DNA of 45,054 bases, filler included, from Streblomastix strix (lineage: Eukaryota): the NCBI GenBank assembly GCA_008636045.1. It is 2 parts of 2 records of this genome, joined end to end, with 100 filler letters (N's around TTAATTAATTAA, not from the genome) between each part and the next. Parts side by side here need not be neighbours in the genome. Positions count along the whole stretch, not along the records: positions 22,609 to 45,054 come from SNRW01000320.1; 1 more part is not named here. The stretch is one strand, 5' to 3'. Position numbers and translations under genes: made by a program. Under the pieces are notes generated by a model, which searched no databases, was not told where the DNA came from, and saw only the letters and a program-made list of their open reading frames with translations. This document shows, one piece after another, positions 38,477 to 45,054 of this stretch. Each line of letters opens with the position of its first letter. Position 1 is the stretch's first letter.

Positions 38477-40786
38477 ATGGCTAATTCTCACTTAACACTC
38501 GCTGATATTATACAAAATAGTTTACAAGCTGATAATAAGTAAGAATTTCCACATTAAAACAATTTAGAGCGGTTGCCTGAAATTATCCATATTAATGATT
38601 CAAATTTAAACAAACTATCATAGCTGAAACTTCATGTATAGCATCTTGTAATTGAAGAAGCTGCACGCGAGTATAACCGTACTAAATCCGCTGAGATGTA
38701 TTTAGATCAAGTTCTTTTAAGAGATTAAAATGGTTCGTCGAGTGAATTTGCAATGGAGAAGATTGTAGGGTCTTTATATTGGAATTATCTTTTGAAAGAA
38801 ATATAAACCAGTTTGGATGTAGGAAGGGTTATTGATGTATGGAGGAAGGATGAACACATCAATTTTAAATCTGAATTGATAGATTCAAAAAAGACAATTA
38901 ATAACAGTATTGATGACTAAATTGTATTTGTTGAAAATAAACGCAATGATTTGAAATATGAATAATTTTACTAGTATATGCTGAGAAGGGGAATCCAAAT
39001 ACCAGATGATGTTGTTAATGATATAATTCAAATCTTCATATCTTGTATCACTTCACAATAATTAGAAAATAATGATGATAATAATAATTTATAGACTTAA
39101 TCAACCCCATTTTCAACTCAAAAAAGTCAAGAAAATGGATTAAATTCTAATCAAGGAAAATATGAAATTGCCATTGAACTTATTCTTTTACTCTTACAAT
39201 GTCGTTGTATCACATCTTAGCATTCTCATGATCTTGCTGAACTTATTATTTAATCTATTGAAAATATTGAATTAAAACCAATCAATAAATTAAAGAAATT
39301 ATAAACATCGCAAATCTTTGTTAATAATCTAAATCCAGCATTATTACATCACTTTTTATTGTATGCTCAGGGTATTAATGAACTCTTAATAGTAAGGATT
39401 ATAAAAACATTATTTTATGTAGATAAAATTAGTTCATTATTTTAACATAAATTTTTTATCCAAAAATAAGATAAAGAAGATTTTAATATTCCTTTTCATC
39501 CTTCTCTAACATACTCATATTACATTTTAATCAGATAAAGAGCATCTAGTTAATAAAGAATTTAAGTTAATGACAATAATTAGAGTATTGGAAGTATATA
39601 ATTCTTTTTTAGATTGTTATTTGCAATGTAACATCGTCATTTTCAGTCTGGGCTTATGACGAGAGCTCTTACTTCACTCAATATCCAATCTATTATTCGT
39701 CTTTTGCATTTAATTGCTCATTGGATTTGGGTTAATCTTACAAAGTCACCATAATTCAATTCACAAGATTCAATATATCATTCAAACAGTTTGTATTTTA
39801 TTAATCCACCTTCTCTATAATAATCACTTAATATACTATCTTCAATATTAGATGCTCATCATTCTTCAATATTATTGGAATTGCATCCTACATAACCATC
39901 AGCTCCTGCATCTATTCGAACAAAAACTTATTAATCTCTTAAACAAATTCTCATTTAACTTAGAAAGTATCTTATTCCATCAGTTATTGTTTAAAATTCT
40001 CTTTCTTCTGATTTTTATATGCTCTAATCTTTACTTGGATAACCTTATAAACAATCTTAAATAGACAATAAGCTTGATTCATCAAATCTTGACACATCGA
40101 TTGGATATGCTACTTAATAAACCAATTTGAAGAATAAAGGGATTTAATATGAAAAAAGATTCGCTCTTCCTCCAAGAATATTTATTGAAAGTGGAGAATG
40201 GTGGTAAGAGGCTAATTGGATAAGAAATATGATTAAAAGAGATCATTAACTTAAATTCATTGCAAAGAATTCTGAATAAAACAAGTAAGAAACTGCGGAA
40301 AATAATGAAAAGATTGAAGAGAAAACTGTTGAAAGAGGAAATAAGAGAAGAAGGTTATCTAGTCCAATTGGAGATGCTCTTACTGACAAAGAATTATAGT
40401 AAACATCTTCATAGATCTTTGAACCAACTTACTAATAATCTGAATAATAATAGATTAACCAAAGATAAGTTAAAATTGCTGGTCATTTGTTGTCACATGA
40501 AACAATAAGTATCATTTCTGGAAGAAATATGAATAAAAACTTATTATCATAAAACTAATTGAATTAAAGAAATGAATAACTTTACTATGAAAACGCTCCA
40601 AGATTTGAACAACTTCTACTGCAATTGGAGAAAGTTGCAGGAATTATATTTGCCGCAGATAAAAATAGATAAACAAATGCTATAAAGGCACCACAGCTCA
40701 TAAATACATCGTTGGTCAAGAAGATTCCTTCTACAGAAACAACTCTCAAAGTTGGGTTTGCATTTGATACAATCAAATTTACTTGA
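38477..40786 (+). CDS. NOL11/Utp8-like protein (C-terminal helical region), 769 aa under code 6
   Basis: Uninterrupted ATG-TGA frame with TAR=Gln. Ordered segments LLLQCRCITSQHSHDLAELII, LLHHFLLYAQGINELLIVRIIKTLF, LTSLNIQSIIRLLHLIAHW, INPPSLQQSLNILSSILDAHH and terminal FAFDTIKFT recall the NOL11 C-terminus. An acceptor-like CTAAC-pyrimidine-TAG ending at 38468 leaves the start uncertain. ORF is solid, product less so. Confidence 0.6.
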
Positions 40787-40886
40787 ATAATAAAAGAGTG
40801 AAATTAAATTAGCGTGTGAGTGACATTGTGTTTATTAATTTGTATAAATATTCATGTTTCATAATATTCATATTATCCTCATCTGA

Positions 40887-43468
<2,582 letters not shown>

Positions 43469-43545
43469 AATAGCTAAAAAATACACAAGCAAAAGTAAAA
43501 AATAATTAAATTAATGCAAAAAATCAATTTTTAAAAAATAAAATT

Positions 43546-43709
43546 TGTTTTCAAGATAGTGAAAGTTTATATACATTAAATATTATATAAAAATGCTGTA
43601 TAAATATTTTTAGTTTGTCAATAAAATATTAAAATAATAAAATTTGTGATGCTAGCACAATAATACCAGAATTAATAACAAGATGATGTGTTTTCAAGAT
43701 AGCGAAAGT
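43546..43709. promoter_or_regulatory. Duplicated 21-bp motif upstream of MCM7
   Basis: TGTTTTCAAGATAG(T/C)GAAAGT at 43546-43566 and 43689-43709; regulatory role is only inferred. Confidence 0.35.
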
Positions 43710-44076
43710 ATAATAACTGCAATTATGAAATAAAATGCAATAAAAAATTATTACTCTCAAAAAAATACTAAAGTTCGGATGAGTGACGTGTGAAGAGCAA
43801 GAATCAATTTCCCAAAAACAACTCACCATCCAAAGAAAGCCAAGATGACAGAGTAATGATTTAAATGTACTCCAAAAAATGAGCTACAAAAAATGCAAGA
43901 ACCCACTCCTCTATTTGATCAAAGCACGTGGCTGCGCAATTTTAACTTCCCAAATACACGTTATTTTTCTGACCACGTAATGTATGCACAGTAGTATAAA
44001 CGCCGTTTTCATAACATTTACAAATATTATAATAATTTAATGTTCAATACACAATATATATATTTTCATTAAATTT

Positions 44077-45054
44077 TTTCATAATCATTTAATTCTAAGT
44101 TGACTGCATTTCCATTAGTATTTAGAATGTTAGCATCATTCTAATCATCAATTCTCGGAAAGCATCTTGCGTTTGGTGGAAATGATTCCTTTGATGTTAT
44201 TTTATCTAGCGGTTAACATAGAATTTTATAAAAAAACGATACAAACGTCGCAGCAGCAAATTTAATCGATCGCTTTAATAATTCAGCATCATTAATTTAA
44301 TTTGATGAGAAAAATTCGAGATATAATATGGAAATTAGTTCAGCTATAGCAAAATTCTCGGCACAGTCAGCGATTGGTCTGCACCGGGACTTTGCAACCT
44401 TTAGTAAGTCACAGGCAGATTTGCATGATTTAGGAAAGAAAACATAGAGTATATATCCTAAATCTGGATTGAATGAAATATTGTGCAATATCTAGAAATC
44501 TATTTCCGTACTAGAGTGAGTATGAGAGTTTCGGCGCACTCATTCACCACGAAATAGTAGTCCTATTACCTTATTAAAATCAGAAACGAATAATGCACCA
44601 TAAAAAATATCTACTGCTTCAAAATTTACTCAAATATTTACTACTTTCTTACCAACATCTGGTCTTAAGCCAGCTGATTCCCCACAATTACCAGAATCTC
44701 CATTACCTGATAATAATAAACAATTTTTGAATTTTTAAGATAATTCAATAAAATAAAAATAATTAGAAGAAAATAATAAGATGAATGAGATAGAAAAGAA
44801 AAGAATATTCGAGGAATTAGGTATGAAAAAGAAAATTGAACTTGATGAATTATTAAAGCGATCGATTAAATTTGCTGCTGCGACGTTTGTATCGTTTTTT
44901 TATAAAATTCTATGTTAACCGCTAGATAAAATAACATCAAAGGAATCATCTCCACCAAACGCAAGATGCTTTCCGAGAATTGATGATTAGAATGATGCTA
45001 ACATTCTAAATACTAATGGCAATGCAGTCAACTTAGAATTAAATGATTATGAAA
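44077..45054. repeat. 209-bp inverted duplication running to the window end
   Basis: 44077-44285 is the reverse complement of 44846-45054 with 2 mismatches; 560-bp spacer. Confidence 0.92.
44286..45054 (+). CDS. Fragment of a hypothetical protein gene; its 3' end is seen on the inverted copy (TGA at 44066-44068, minus strand)
   Basis: Code-6 frame is open from the junction at 44286 to the end, apart from a candidate 42-nt GTGAGT...TAG intron (44516-44557) that removes two TGAs. Confidence 0.45.

Noticed and set aside
44077..45054. Inverted repeat as transposon TIRs
   Set aside because: The arms are protein-coding sequence continuous with the spacer ORF, and no TSD or outer boundary is visible

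Overview
AT-rich eukaryotic (protist) DNA read with genetic code 6 (TAA/TAG = Gln, TGA the only stop), so the supplied standard-code ORF track is mostly fragments and antisense shadows. Code, short GT-AG introns and gene content fit an oxymonad such as Streblomastix best (inference; ciliates and hexamitids share the code). An artificial N44-TTAATTAATTAA-N44 linker at 22509-22608 joins two contigs. Contig 1 (1-22508) appears to be one minus-strand reading frame of about 7,350 codons, open at both ends. It carries, in order, motifs resembling the N-terminal region of USP9X/USP24/USP34 deubiquitinases, buried in huge Q/E/K/N/S-rich insertions. Contig 2 starts with nested mobile DNA: the 3' part of a code-6 protein-primed DNA polymerase B, three ~87-bp repeats and a probable Polinton end (ACTACT) interrupted by a Tc1/mariner-type MITE. 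A decayed virus-like gene block follows, with a phage-tail-fibre-like gene and two paralogous genes, one split by a hAT-like MITE. Then come host genes: K+-independent H+-pyrophosphatase, WASP-like protein, RPA3, NOL11-like protein and MCM7. The window ends in a 209-bp inverted duplication that looks like an amplification chimera. All family assignments come from motif recall, not database searches.
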